From Candidatus Nomurabacteria bacterium (lineage in GTDB: Bacteria; Patescibacteriota; Minisyncoccia; Phycocordibacterales; UBA9973): DNA of 64,000 bases. The position numbers were made by a program, and so were the translations under genes. The notes under the pieces were generated by a model that was given only the letters and a program-made list of their open reading frames with translations, was not told the DNA's origin and did not search any database. Of this stretch, positions 8,801 to 16,397 are shown piece by piece. Position 1 is the first letter of the stretch. Every line of letters begins with the position of its first letter. The stretch is from assembly GCA_023267375.1 (NCBI GenBank), contig JAHFNJ010000005.1:1285-65284 (forward strand), given 5' to 3'.

Positions 8801-11498
8801 CGGATCGACTGTTGCCACGGGCACGACTACAATTAGTTCTGGGGCGACACTTACTACTACCGCGTCAAATTATGCGCTATCGACCGGGACGATTTCAATT
8901 GCTGGTACGCTCACTGCGAATGCCGCTACTATCTCGCTCTCGGGGACAGGTTCACTTTGGACAAAAACTGGAACGTTTACTCAAGGAACCTCAACAATAA
9001 AACTCACGGATGCATCTTCATCGAGTAAAACATTTGCAGGTGGTGGTGGAACGTTTTATAACTTCTGGATTTCTGGAACTGGTACTGGAGCATATACTAT
9101 TTCAGGTTCGAACACCTTTTCTACTTTTAAGGATGATAATACTTCAGCACACACCGTAAACTTTACTGCGAGTACAACACAAACAGTAACGACGTGGACT
9201 GTTTCTGGTGCAAGTAGTTCAAACAAGATTACAATGCAGAGTACTTCTTCTGGTAGTGCATGGAATTTGTCGAAATCAAGCGGAACAGTTACTTCAAATT
9301 ATTTGATTTTGCAAGATAGTCATGCTGCCGGTGGGGCAACCTGGAATGCAAACGGTAGTACAAATGTATCGGGGAACACCGGTTGGAATTTTGGCACGGT
9401 TTCTTGTACCTCAGTAGCTACTGGAGCTTGGAACACTTCTGCTACGTGGGATTGTAGTCATGTGCCTGCAACTGGTGAAACTGTTACCATCGCGGCTTCT
9501 CATGTTGTGACAATGGATGTTAATTCAGCGGTGCTCGGTTCTATTACTATTAGTGGAACCCTGACGACGAGTGCGAGTAATTACAGTTTGTCTGGAACAA
9601 CGATCACTATCGGTTCTAGTGGAACACTCACTGCCAACAGTTCAACCATTACGCTTTCTGGAACCTCTGGAACGTTGTTTACAAAAACAGGAACATTTAC
9701 AGCTGGGTCATCAACGGTGGTACTTTCAGGAAATGGATCTGCATCGGTAAATTCAGGTTCTATAATTTTCTACAATCTGACTTCTTCAGGGACAGGAACT
9801 AAAACAATTACAGGAACTACTGAAGTTGGTGGTGTGCTTACTGTTTCTGCTGGAGTATTCAGACTCAGTTCCGGTACGCTGGTACTTTCCGGAATTTCTG
9901 GGACACCAATTGTAAATTCAGGGACGATAAGTACTTTAAGCGCGACTACTGTTGTTTTTAGTGGTGATAATCCAGGGGGTAATACCACCATTCCTTCGTC
10001 AATCTCTTACTACAACCTCTCTTTTAATGGTACTGACACATACGATCTTTCAGGTGAAACAACCGTAAATGGGTCATTAGCAATTTCACAAGGAACTCTT
10101 TCTGCAGGGGCGCAGTATCTCAACGTTGCTAGAGATTGGATAAACTCCGTTGGAGTAGGTGGTTTTAGTGCTGGCACAGGGAGAGTTATCTTAAATACTG
10201 CTAATGACAGCACTATTACTGGCGCAACAACTTTTAATGATCTGACTATTTATTCTACTGGTGGTAAAAATGTATACTTTTCATATCAGGGTGGCGACAT
10301 TATCACTGTTGGTGGATCATTTGTTGTTACTGGATCTTCTGGGTCTCTTGTGTATCTCCGTTCAACGAGCTCGGGAAGTCAGTGGCATCTTTTGCCACAA
10401 GGTTCAGCGACGGTTGACTACGCCGACGTGATGGATGGTGGTTGTGAATCAGGAGCAATCACTATCACTGACAACCTTACAGATACTTCGATTGATTCGG
10501 GCAACAATGATTCATGCTGGTCATTCTTTGTGTCGCCTGCGGTGCGGTACATGCTTACGTCTGCAAATACTATGGATGTGTACGGCATCGGTGGTGGTTA
10601 TGGAGGATCGCCCGCGAGTCCGACTAAAATCCGTTCAGTTGCGCTTTCTGGTGGTTATACGCGCGTACAGCCAAAAAGTATTTTTGCTGAGGGGAGAACT
10701 GGTCGCATTTATGTGGCAACTAGTGATTCAAATGGGGAACTGCAAGTTTATGAAACAAATAATTATAACGGTTCAGGAAGTTCACCATCAAATCCGAAGT
10801 TGCTCACTACATACAATGCTTCTGTTTCTGGTACTGGAAATCGAGTTTGGGCGGATAGTGCCGGGAACGTGTTACTTGCCGTGTCGTCTGATACCACTGG
10901 CTCACTCATACTGCTTAACTCGAGCGGGGAAGCTGTTTCAAGTGCGAGTGCCCCAGCTACTATAAGTGATATCGCTGTGTATAAAGATACCGGTAGTACT
11001 GGATATGTGTATGTGGGTTCAGATGATACAACACTCCATATTTATTATTTTGATTCAGGTGGGGTGTATGACACAGGTAGCACTTTTGATATTGCGGTTG
11101 CTTCTCCGTATATAACTTCAGTAACAGCAGGCTCAGGCACAAAACTTGCGTACACTACTCTTGGTTCTGATCAGCTCTATTTAACAAATGATATTTCTCT
11201 CGATCCCGCGAATGCTAGTAATTCGTTGGTAACCGCTGAGAACTCTTCACTAGACACAGAGGTCCAAGGAGCTATCACTGCTTCAAGTTTGGGTGAGGTG
11301 CTCTTTGTTCCCGGTGCTGATGGGCTCTATCAGCCATATGTAAGTAATATTGCGGTGATTATTAATCCAGGAAACTACGCACCCTACACTCTCTCTGGGG
11401 GATTGACTGGTGTCTTTTATGATTCGACTGCAGTACATCTTTTTGGTTCTTCCGCTGTTGATGGGACGATACATTCGTTTGAACCGTATATACCGTAG
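5805..11498 (+). CDS. Giant (1897 aa) secreted repetitive surface protein; putative adhesin of the pilus locus
   Basis: Signal peptide ...FLFLASPHSAFA|VN. Four ~300-450 aa tandem modules each begin with a G(N/D/A)WNT..(N/T)W..C motif. Three internal sub-repeats of the form F(Y/N)(N/I)FWI(T/S)GTGTG...DDNTSAH...SGA(D/S)SS(H/N)KI were found. The unique C-terminal ~400 aa contains YADVMDGGCESGAITITDNLTDTSIDSGNNDSCW, shared with ORF 207-2507. Ser/Thr/Gly/Asn-rich. Confidence 0.7.
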   Translation: MAETYTIRNGALKKVFSFFSKRSKLFFTIGVCMFLFLASPHSAFAVNTCVSNASGNWNTAATWTSCSSTVPQTGDSVRISSGHSVVMDVDTPVLGNVTVRGTLNTSDGVTSHTLSASQLFVGESLGGYNGTFIANSSTINLSGTSAVLSIQTTSSIFTYGTSTVNFTGNSVSGMINLASSGSVTLYNVNSSGTGTKTISLANATITIANVFTISAGTVAFSTAVTSANLILSGTTGTPLNLTGGSFTATGNNTTVTYSGNNAAGNTTVAAATYGSLTLNNSSERYQLGGDITVGGTTIISASTEFTSSDGTDHNLTTGGLVISSNALFLMNSSTITITGNANTVASQFTNSSSRQDAIAAGTSTIKFTDTSVYSKTMSSATATFYNLWITGTGTGTYTITGSGSSSFTFNDIKDDNTSAHTVSLNSTIYVNTFNVSGADSSHKISLTKAGGAGVLHKTSGYVSIDYVNIANLTAQGGAAFYAGSHSTDNGGNSGWIFGDPSCTATTSGDWNTGGNWTGCSGGGGIPGTSDNVIVPSGINLTLSTNTATLGNVNVAGSIDTTGSNYAINAAGLVISSTGTVIANGSTITLSGTGAAFSLYGGIFSAGTSTINYTNSSSAAKAFTGGNGTFNNVTFTTGSTGTYTITGNNTFNIFWITGTGTGTFTFSSSSNTFTELKDDNTSAHSIFGNSSTQTVTTFSVSGADSSHKINFGLNVSKSSGVVVANYLTLTGSVASGGASWYAVNSNNGGGGTSGWVFISGCVAITTGNWNTGSNWSGCTGGGGVPAAADTVTIVSGVTTTLDVATPVVTGLTVSGTLDTSVTNYALNTTTLTISSGGTLTANGSTITLSGTSGTLFTNSGTFTAGTSTVDFSGASSVTLNSGSITFYNLTVSGGTVATVKTLGAATTLASGGTLTVSAGTFDPSTYLVTGNGSNTLVVAGGAVARVKASTFTGNYSSGFSSTSFAANSTIDYTLNGTQTVDSTISYVNLTVSTGGTKSLNGSTVATGTTTISSGATLTTTASNYALSTGTISIAGTLTANAATISLSGTGSLWTKTGTFTQGTSTIKLTDASSSSKTFAGGGGTFYNFWISGTGTGAYTISGSNTFSTFKDDNTSAHTVNFTASTTQTVTTWTVSGASSSNKITMQSTSSGSAWNLSKSSGTVTSNYLILQDSHAAGGATWNANGSTNVSGNTGWNFGTVSCTSVATGAWNTSATWDCSHVPATGETVTIAASHVVTMDVNSAVLGSITISGTLTTSASNYSLSGTTITIGSSGTLTANSSTITLSGTSGTLFTKTGTFTAGSSTVVLSGNGSASVNSGSIIFYNLTSSGTGTKTITGTTEVGGVLTVSAGVFRLSSGTLVLSGISGTPIVNSGTISTLSATTVVFSGDNPGGNTTIPSSISYYNLSFNGTDTYDLSGETTVNGSLAISQGTLSAGAQYLNVARDWINSVGVGGFSAGTGRVILNTANDSTITGATTFNDLTIYSTGGKNVYFSYQGGDIITVGGSFVVTGSSGSLVYLRSTSSGSQWHLLPQGSATVDYADVMDGGCESGAITITDNLTDTSIDSGNNDSCWSFFVSPAVRYMLTSANTMDVYGIGGGYGGSPASPTKIRSVALSGGYTRVQPKSIFAEGRTGRIYVATSDSNGELQVYETNNYNGSGSSPSNPKLLTTYNASVSGTGNRVWADSAGNVLLAVSSDTTGSLILLNSSGEAVSSASAPATISDIAVYKDTGSTGYVYVGSDDTTLHIYYFDSGGVYDTGSTFDIAVASPYITSVTAGSGTKLAYTTLGSDQLYLTNDISLDPANASNSLVTAENSSLDTEVQGAITASSLGEVLFVPGADGLYQPYVSNIAVIINPGNYAPYTLSGGLTGVFYDSTAVHLFGSSAVDGTIHSFEPYIP

Positions 11499-11527
11499 AT
11501 ATATCTATAATGTAAGGTTTGTTGTGG

Positions 11528-11536
11528 TGGTATAAT
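11528..11536 (+). promoter_or_regulatory. Extended -10 promoter element (TGgTATAAT) 8 nt upstream of the ATG of ORF 11545; possible leaderless transcript
   Basis: Sequence tggTATAAT at 11528-11536, with start codon at 11545. Confidence 0.35.
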
Positions 11537-11544
11537 AAAAATAC

Positions 11545-12078
11545 ATGCAGAGTAAACATAAGAAGATTATCGTAAGGGGTTCACTGCTCATCGTCTGTGT
11601 GGGAGTCTTTTTGTATGTCTATATTAGAAATACGGCAATTCGTGCTCCAGTATCGCCAATAGTTATACCAGAGGTAAGTCCTTTGCCAGAAAATGCTGAT
11701 AATCTCACCGGCGCAGATCTTGCTGCATACAACGAACGAATTGCATGGAAATCCTTATACGTGGGAAATCAAAAGCAGCTAAAAACAGCACAGCGTTTTT
11801 CATTGCCTGCTGGTTGGATTATCCGCGAGGATTATTTGTTTACTGTTTTGCCGCCAACGCTTGAATCAAAAATAAAAACCCATCGCGCTATTATTATGCG
11901 TCCACAAAAAACAATGAGTCGTGACGATGCTATTTTTACTGTAGTTAATACAAGTGATTCGTATTTGCAAAATCGTTGCCATAAAAGCACTACAAAGGTG
12001 AGTGTCTGCTATGGCGGGTCTAATCCCGAGACAAAGCAGGTGTTTGATTTACTCTTTTATCAATTCAAAGTACAATAA
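11545..12078 (+). CDS. Hypothetical membrane-anchored protein
   Basis: 177 aa. N-terminal TM helix (LLIVCVGVFLYVYI). No recognisable domain. Located between the giant protein and the major pilin genes. Confidence 0.5.
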   Translation: MQSKHKKIIVRGSLLIVCVGVFLYVYIRNTAIRAPVSPIVIPEVSPLPENADNLTGADLAAYNERIAWKSLYVGNQKQLKTAQRFSLPAGWIIREDYLFTVLPPTLESKIKTHRAIIMRPQKTMSRDDAIFTVVNTSDSYLQNRCHKSTTKVSVCYGGSNPETKQVFDLLFYQFKVQ

Positions 12079-12080
12079 TA

Positions 12081-12635
12081 GTGGGTATGAACAATAAGAA
12101 AATCAAAAGAGTTTTACATAAAGGTTTCACCCTTCTTGAAATCCTCCTTGTTGTTGCGGCAATTGCTATTTTGGCGGCAGTTGTTATTCGGGCGCTCAAT
12201 CCATCAAAACAGCTTGCTGATACGCGAAACTCGCAACGATCACTTGATTTGAATACCATTGTGAATGTTATCTATCAATACGAGATTGATAATAAAGGAG
12301 CTCTTCCTGATACTGATGCTAATGGGGGAGTCCTCATTCCGGTTGGCACCTATGATGCATCTGACCCAGACAATATCATCGATGACTCAGTAGAAATATG
12401 TCGATCGACAAGTACTGCAGATTGTGCAACAAATGGGCTCGTTGATTTATCTCCACTGCTTGAAAATAAAAAGTATATCGTTGCCATCCCAAACGATCCT
12501 TCCAACACCGATCCCGATGGCACCGGGTATTTCATTGTACAAGATTCAGAAAGTAACCGTATTACAGTGATAGCTCCAAACACAGAGCTTGAGCCAACAA
12601 CGTCGCTTCTAGTGCCACTCAACGCTTCTTTGTAA
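12081..12635 (+). CDS. pilA: Type IV major pilin (PilA-like), paralog 1
   Basis: 184 aa. Begins ...KGFTLLEILLVVAAIAILAAVVIRALNPSKQLADTRNSQRSLDLNTIVNVIYQYEIDNKGALP, a classic class III signal with G|FTLLE and a conserved N-terminal alpha-helix. C-terminal globular part is divergent. Confidence 0.8.
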   Translation: MGMNNKKIKRVLHKGFTLLEILLVVAAIAILAAVVIRALNPSKQLADTRNSQRSLDLNTIVNVIYQYEIDNKGALPDTDANGGVLIPVGTYDASDPDNIIDDSVEICRSTSTADCATNGLVDLSPLLENKKYIVAIPNDPSNTDPDGTGYFIVQDSESNRITVIAPNTELEPTTSLLVPLNASL

Positions 12636-12735
12636 AAGGAAATTTTCACTGTGGATAACTAAACTTCGTTAGTATTTCGATGTGCAGTATACTGTCTATA
12701 TTAGTAATTAGGTTTTTTTGTTCCATTTTTAATAT

Positions 12736-13347
12736 ATGAAAAAGAAATTAGGTTTATCATTTCGAAATAACAAAGGCTTCACTCTCCTTGAAATCCTCCT
12801 TGTTGTTGCGGCGATCGCTATTTTGGCGGGTATTGTTATTTTGGCGATAAATCCAGGTAAACAACTCGGCGATACTCGTGATGCGCAACGTAGAGTTGAT
12901 GTAAATACAATCTTGAATGCAATTTATCAATATGCTATCGATAATGGAGGCGCTTTCCCAGGAGATCTTGATGGTAGCAACAACTGTATCAGTGGCAATA
13001 CGTGTGTATCTGGTGCAATTGCGATTCCAGAAGGTACCGCGCCAACTCTTCCACTTGTTATAGATCCATCGGATCTTTCTGTTGATTCAGGCGATGTCGG
13101 TGCTGCTGTTGAGATTTTGAAGTACGACGGTACTTGTGATGCTTCTGGTACTGGATTGGTTGATATTTGTACTGATCTAACAGAAGATGGTGTGTATCTC
13201 GCTGGTATTCCTAATGACCCTTCGCTTAACACTACTGTTGATCCTCATGGTACTGGATACTGGATTTACAAGACCAGCAGTGGCCGTATTACCGTGATTG
13301 CTCCGTTTGCCGAACAAGCAGCGAGTGGTATTAGTGTGACGCGTTAA
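12736..13347 (+). CDS. pilA: Type IV major pilin (PilA-like), paralog 2
   Basis: 203 aa. Begins ...KGFTLLEILLVVAAIAILAGIVILAINPGKQLGDTRDAQRRVDVNTILNAIYQYAIDNGGAFP. The N-terminal ~75 aa and the underlying DNA (about 12123-12180 vs 12775-12832) are near-identical to paralog 1; the C-terminus is divergent. Confidence 0.8.
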   Translation: MKKKLGLSFRNNKGFTLLEILLVVAAIAILAGIVILAINPGKQLGDTRDAQRRVDVNTILNAIYQYAIDNGGAFPGDLDGSNNCISGNTCVSGAIAIPEGTAPTLPLVIDPSDLSVDSGDVGAAVEILKYDGTCDASGTGLVDICTDLTEDGVYLAGIPNDPSLNTTVDPHGTGYWIYKTSSGRITVIAPFAEQAASGISVTR

Positions 13348-13361
13348 TTACACCTAACAGA

Positions 13362-15641
13362 ATGAAGGAGACACTTGGCACAATTTTTGCCAAATTCGGC
13401 GGCGCACAGAATAAATTGCACCGCCGAATTTATTTGGGAGGCACGCTCATTGCTTTCTCAGTTTTTGTTTTTGCCTTAGTCCTTACGTTTATCGCTTGGC
13501 GATATAATGTGCAAGTATTTAATCTTCAGTCGCAGTTGCGGTTTGATACAGTAAATCACAACGTTGTTGCCGATCTACAGAATAAAGCAAACAGAGATAT
13601 GGATGTCTTGCTTGCAACACAAGGTTTCTTTTCTGCCGCAGCAAGTATCAACCAAAAATCATTTCATGATTTTGTCGGAACACTTGATATTACTTCTCGC
13701 TACCCATCACTCTATGCACTCAACTACATAAAACGTGTTCCTGAAAGTTCGAAAAATATATTCCTCCAGTCGGTTCGTAATGATTCTTCTGTCAACAAAA
13801 AAGGATCACCGAATTTTACGATCACACCTACTACTACTTTTTCAACGTATGATATTTTAACCTACAGCCATGCGCGTGATATACCATTTCCTGCAATAGG
13901 AACAAATGTGAGTGCTGACGCTTCTTTTAAAGCTGCAATCGAACAAGCTCGTGATGAAGCAAAACCCATTGTTTTCAATACGCTCATGTCTACCTCTGAT
14001 GGCACACAGGTGTTTGCCGTGCTTGTACCGATTTATACAAAAACACCGACCCCTGAGACAGTAGCTCTTCGTCGCGCAGCATTTCGTGGCGTTATAGAAG
14101 GGGTATTTGAGTTAAAGTCATTTTTCAATGAAGCATTTCCTAATAAATTTGCATACCAAGGTGTCAACTTTGATGTGTACTATGGCGAGAATCTAATAAA
14201 AGATAATGTACTCTATAGCAATACCGTAAGTCCGGTTCCTGAGAATGAAAATCCTGAGATGCTCCTTGTTAATACAAGCAAGGTGATTGTCGCGAACACA
14301 CCACTCACTGTTACCTTCAGTGCAACACGCCAGGCGGTGGTTGGAGGGGTAACTGCTAAAATTCCACGAATCATTGGTTTGGGTGGTATTTTGGCGAGTC
14401 TATCACTCTTTGTCTTGGTATTGTCGTTTACAACCTCGCGACGTCGTGCTACTGAGCTTGCAAACATGATGACCTCGAGCATCAAGGAAAAAAATGAGCA
14501 GCTCGAAGCAAGTACCGCACTGTTGCAGCACGAGACGCATAAAATTAATGCCATCTTTTCTTCGATGGCAGAGAGTTTGATTGCCATCGATGATCAAGGT
14601 CGTGTGAAGTTGCTGAATCAAGCTGCCTCGGTTACATTGGGAATCGCAGAAGGTGATGCGCATGATAAAAAGATTGAAGAAATATTGCCCCTCTTTAGAA
14701 ACAAAGTACCTATTACTGAAAAGGAATCACCAGTCTATTATGCAATTCGCGAGAAGAGTATTGCTCGAACATTACTTCGTGATGATATGTATACTATGGG
14801 TCGCGATGGGAATACTTTCCCGATTGTGCTTTCTGCAACGTCGCTGTTAAATAAGGCTGATACAGGAGGTGTGTCTGGTATTATTATGTTTCGTGATGTA
14901 ACTGTAGAAAAATCAATTGACCAATCAAAGACAGAATTCGTGTCGCTAGCATCGCACCAGCTCCGCACGCCACTCACCGCTATTGGTTGGTATACCGAAA
15001 TGCTTATGTCAAACGACGTAGGTAAGACAACAAAAAAACAGCGTGAGTATCTTTCCGAAATTTCAACAAGTACCAAACGTATGGTTGACCTTATGAACGC
15101 GCTCCTTAACGTATCACGTATTGATTTGGGCACTTTTGCTATTGAGCCTGAAATGGTTGATGTTACCGAAATCGCAGAGAGTGTCATTAAAGAACAAGAG
15201 CCAACCATTGCGCTTAAGAAAATGAAAGTGACGCATGCATACGATAAGGGAATTCCAAAGATGTCGATGGATCCGCGTCTGACCCGTATTGTGTTCCAGA
15301 ACTTGCTTTCGAACGCCATAAAATATACTCCAGAGAAAGGATCTATCCATATGGCCGTTGAGAAACAGAAAGATAAAATACGCATTTCAGTTTCCGACAA
15401 TGGCTATGGTATTCCAAAATCAAATCAGGTAAAGATTTTCACAAAGCTCTATCGTGCTGATAATATTCTTATTAAAGATACCGACGGCACAGGGCTTGGC
15501 CTCTATATCGTGAAAGAAATTGTGGAACAATCAGGTGGTTCTATTTCGTTCACTTCAGAAGAAAATAAGGGGACAACATTTTATGTCATCTTTCCCAAAG
15601 AGGGGATGAAACCCAAAAAGGGCACAAAAGGGTTATCGTAA
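13362..15641 (+). CDS. Sensor histidine kinase with large periplasmic sensor domain, PAS, HisKA and HATPase_c domains
   Basis: 759 aa. Two TM segments flank a ~290-aa extracytoplasmic domain. H-box is FVSLASHQLRTPLTAIGWYTEML. ATP-binding G-boxes are DNGYGIP...GTGLGLYIVKEIVEQSGG. No adjacent response regulator. Confidence 0.8.
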   Translation: MKETLGTIFAKFGGAQNKLHRRIYLGGTLIAFSVFVFALVLTFIAWRYNVQVFNLQSQLRFDTVNHNVVADLQNKANRDMDVLLATQGFFSAAASINQKSFHDFVGTLDITSRYPSLYALNYIKRVPESSKNIFLQSVRNDSSVNKKGSPNFTITPTTTFSTYDILTYSHARDIPFPAIGTNVSADASFKAAIEQARDEAKPIVFNTLMSTSDGTQVFAVLVPIYTKTPTPETVALRRAAFRGVIEGVFELKSFFNEAFPNKFAYQGVNFDVYYGENLIKDNVLYSNTVSPVPENENPEMLLVNTSKVIVANTPLTVTFSATRQAVVGGVTAKIPRIIGLGGILASLSLFVLVLSFTTSRRRATELANMMTSSIKEKNEQLEASTALLQHETHKINAIFSSMAESLIAIDDQGRVKLLNQAASVTLGIAEGDAHDKKIEEILPLFRNKVPITEKESPVYYAIREKSIARTLLRDDMYTMGRDGNTFPIVLSATSLLNKADTGGVSGIIMFRDVTVEKSIDQSKTEFVSLASHQLRTPLTAIGWYTEMLMSNDVGKTTKKQREYLSEISTSTKRMVDLMNALLNVSRIDLGTFAIEPEMVDVTEIAESVIKEQEPTIALKKMKVTHAYDKGIPKMSMDPRLTRIVFQNLLSNAIKYTPEKGSIHMAVEKQKDKIRISVSDNGYGIPKSNQVKIFTKLYRADNILIKDTDGTGLGLYIVKEIVEQSGGSISFTSEENKGTTFYVIFPKEGMKPKKGTKGLS

Positions 15642-15685
15642 ATAAGCTTTCAAAAACAACCCTTTTTTGCTAAAATGGGCTCCAT

Positions 15686-16396
15686 ATGAAAGACGCACAT
15701 ATCCCAGGCCACCCGCACCCACTCTCAGCTACAATTGAAGAAGCAGTAGCTATTTTTGCTAAAATGGGCTTTTCGGTTGCGCTTGGCCCTGAACTTGAGG
15801 ACGAGTATCACAATTTTGATGCGCTCAATATCCCCAAAGAGCACCCAGCTCGGGATATGCAGGACACCTTTTGGATAAAAAATAAACCAGGGTATGTCAT
15901 GCGGACGCACACTTCCAATGTGCAGATTCGCTTTATGGAGCAATTGGTGAAAGCGGGCAAAACACCGCCGTTTGCGATCATCGTGCCGGGCAAAGTGTTC
16001 CGCAACGAAGCAACTGATGCGACACACGAAATGCAGTTTTCTCAAATTGAAGGATTGGCTATCGGTAAGGACATTACGATGGCGCACTTAAAAGGGACAC
16101 TCCTTGCATTTTTCAAACATTTTTTTGGCGACGATAGCGAGATTCGTTTTCGTCCTTCATTTTTCCCATTTGTGGAACCAGGCGTTGAGGTTGATGTTAA
16201 AACTGGTGGTCGCTGGGTGGAACTTTTGGGTGCTGGCATGGTGCATCCAAAAGTGCTTGAAAACTGCGGTATTGATCCGAAGGTGTACCAAGGCTTTGCC
16301 TTTGGTATGGGCGCTGATCGTTTGCTTATGATGAAAAAGGGTATTCCTGATGTCCGCTACTCTTACCAGGGTGATTTACGGTTTAATCAGTTTTAA
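15686..16396 (+). CDS. pheS: Phenylalanine--tRNA ligase alpha subunit, catalytic core only (N-terminally truncated form, 236 aa)
   Basis: ...ALNIPKEHPARDMQDTFWI...FRNEATDATHEMQFSQIEGL...GRWVELLGAGMVHP...GFAFGMGADRLLMM are the class II motifs of PheS. It begins at a position equivalent to about residue 95 of E. coli PheS. The stop codon directly abuts the pheT ATG. Confidence 0.8.
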   Translation: MKDAHIPGHPHPLSATIEEAVAIFAKMGFSVALGPELEDEYHNFDALNIPKEHPARDMQDTFWIKNKPGYVMRTHTSNVQIRFMEQLVKAGKTPPFAIIVPGKVFRNEATDATHEMQFSQIEGLAIGKDITMAHLKGTLLAFFKHFFGDDSEIRFRPSFFPFVEPGVEVDVKTGGRWVELLGAGMVHPKVLENCGIDPKVYQGFAFGMGADRLLMMKKGIPDVRYSYQGDLRFNQF

Positions 16397-16397
16397 T

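Noticed and set aside
14738-15400. Antisense ORFs inside well-supported genes (for example 14738-15400 minus inside the histidine kinase, 50633-51055 minus inside purN, 595-984 and 1066-1293 inside the first pilin-like gene)
   Set aside because: They are fully contained in genes with strong domain evidence. They have low-complexity or Cys/Arg-rich translations and no independent signals.
16350-16397. Upstream extensions of track ORFs (pheT at 16350, asnB-like at 24277, LUD at 27898, pgl at 37973, DUF218 at 41003, purQ at 47662, purK at 53139, hypothetical at 58070)
   Set aside because: Each extension overlaps the 3' end of the preceding gene or a strong hairpin. A conserved N-terminal signature ([29 protein letters not shown] and so on) begins at an internal ATG immediately after the upstream stop.
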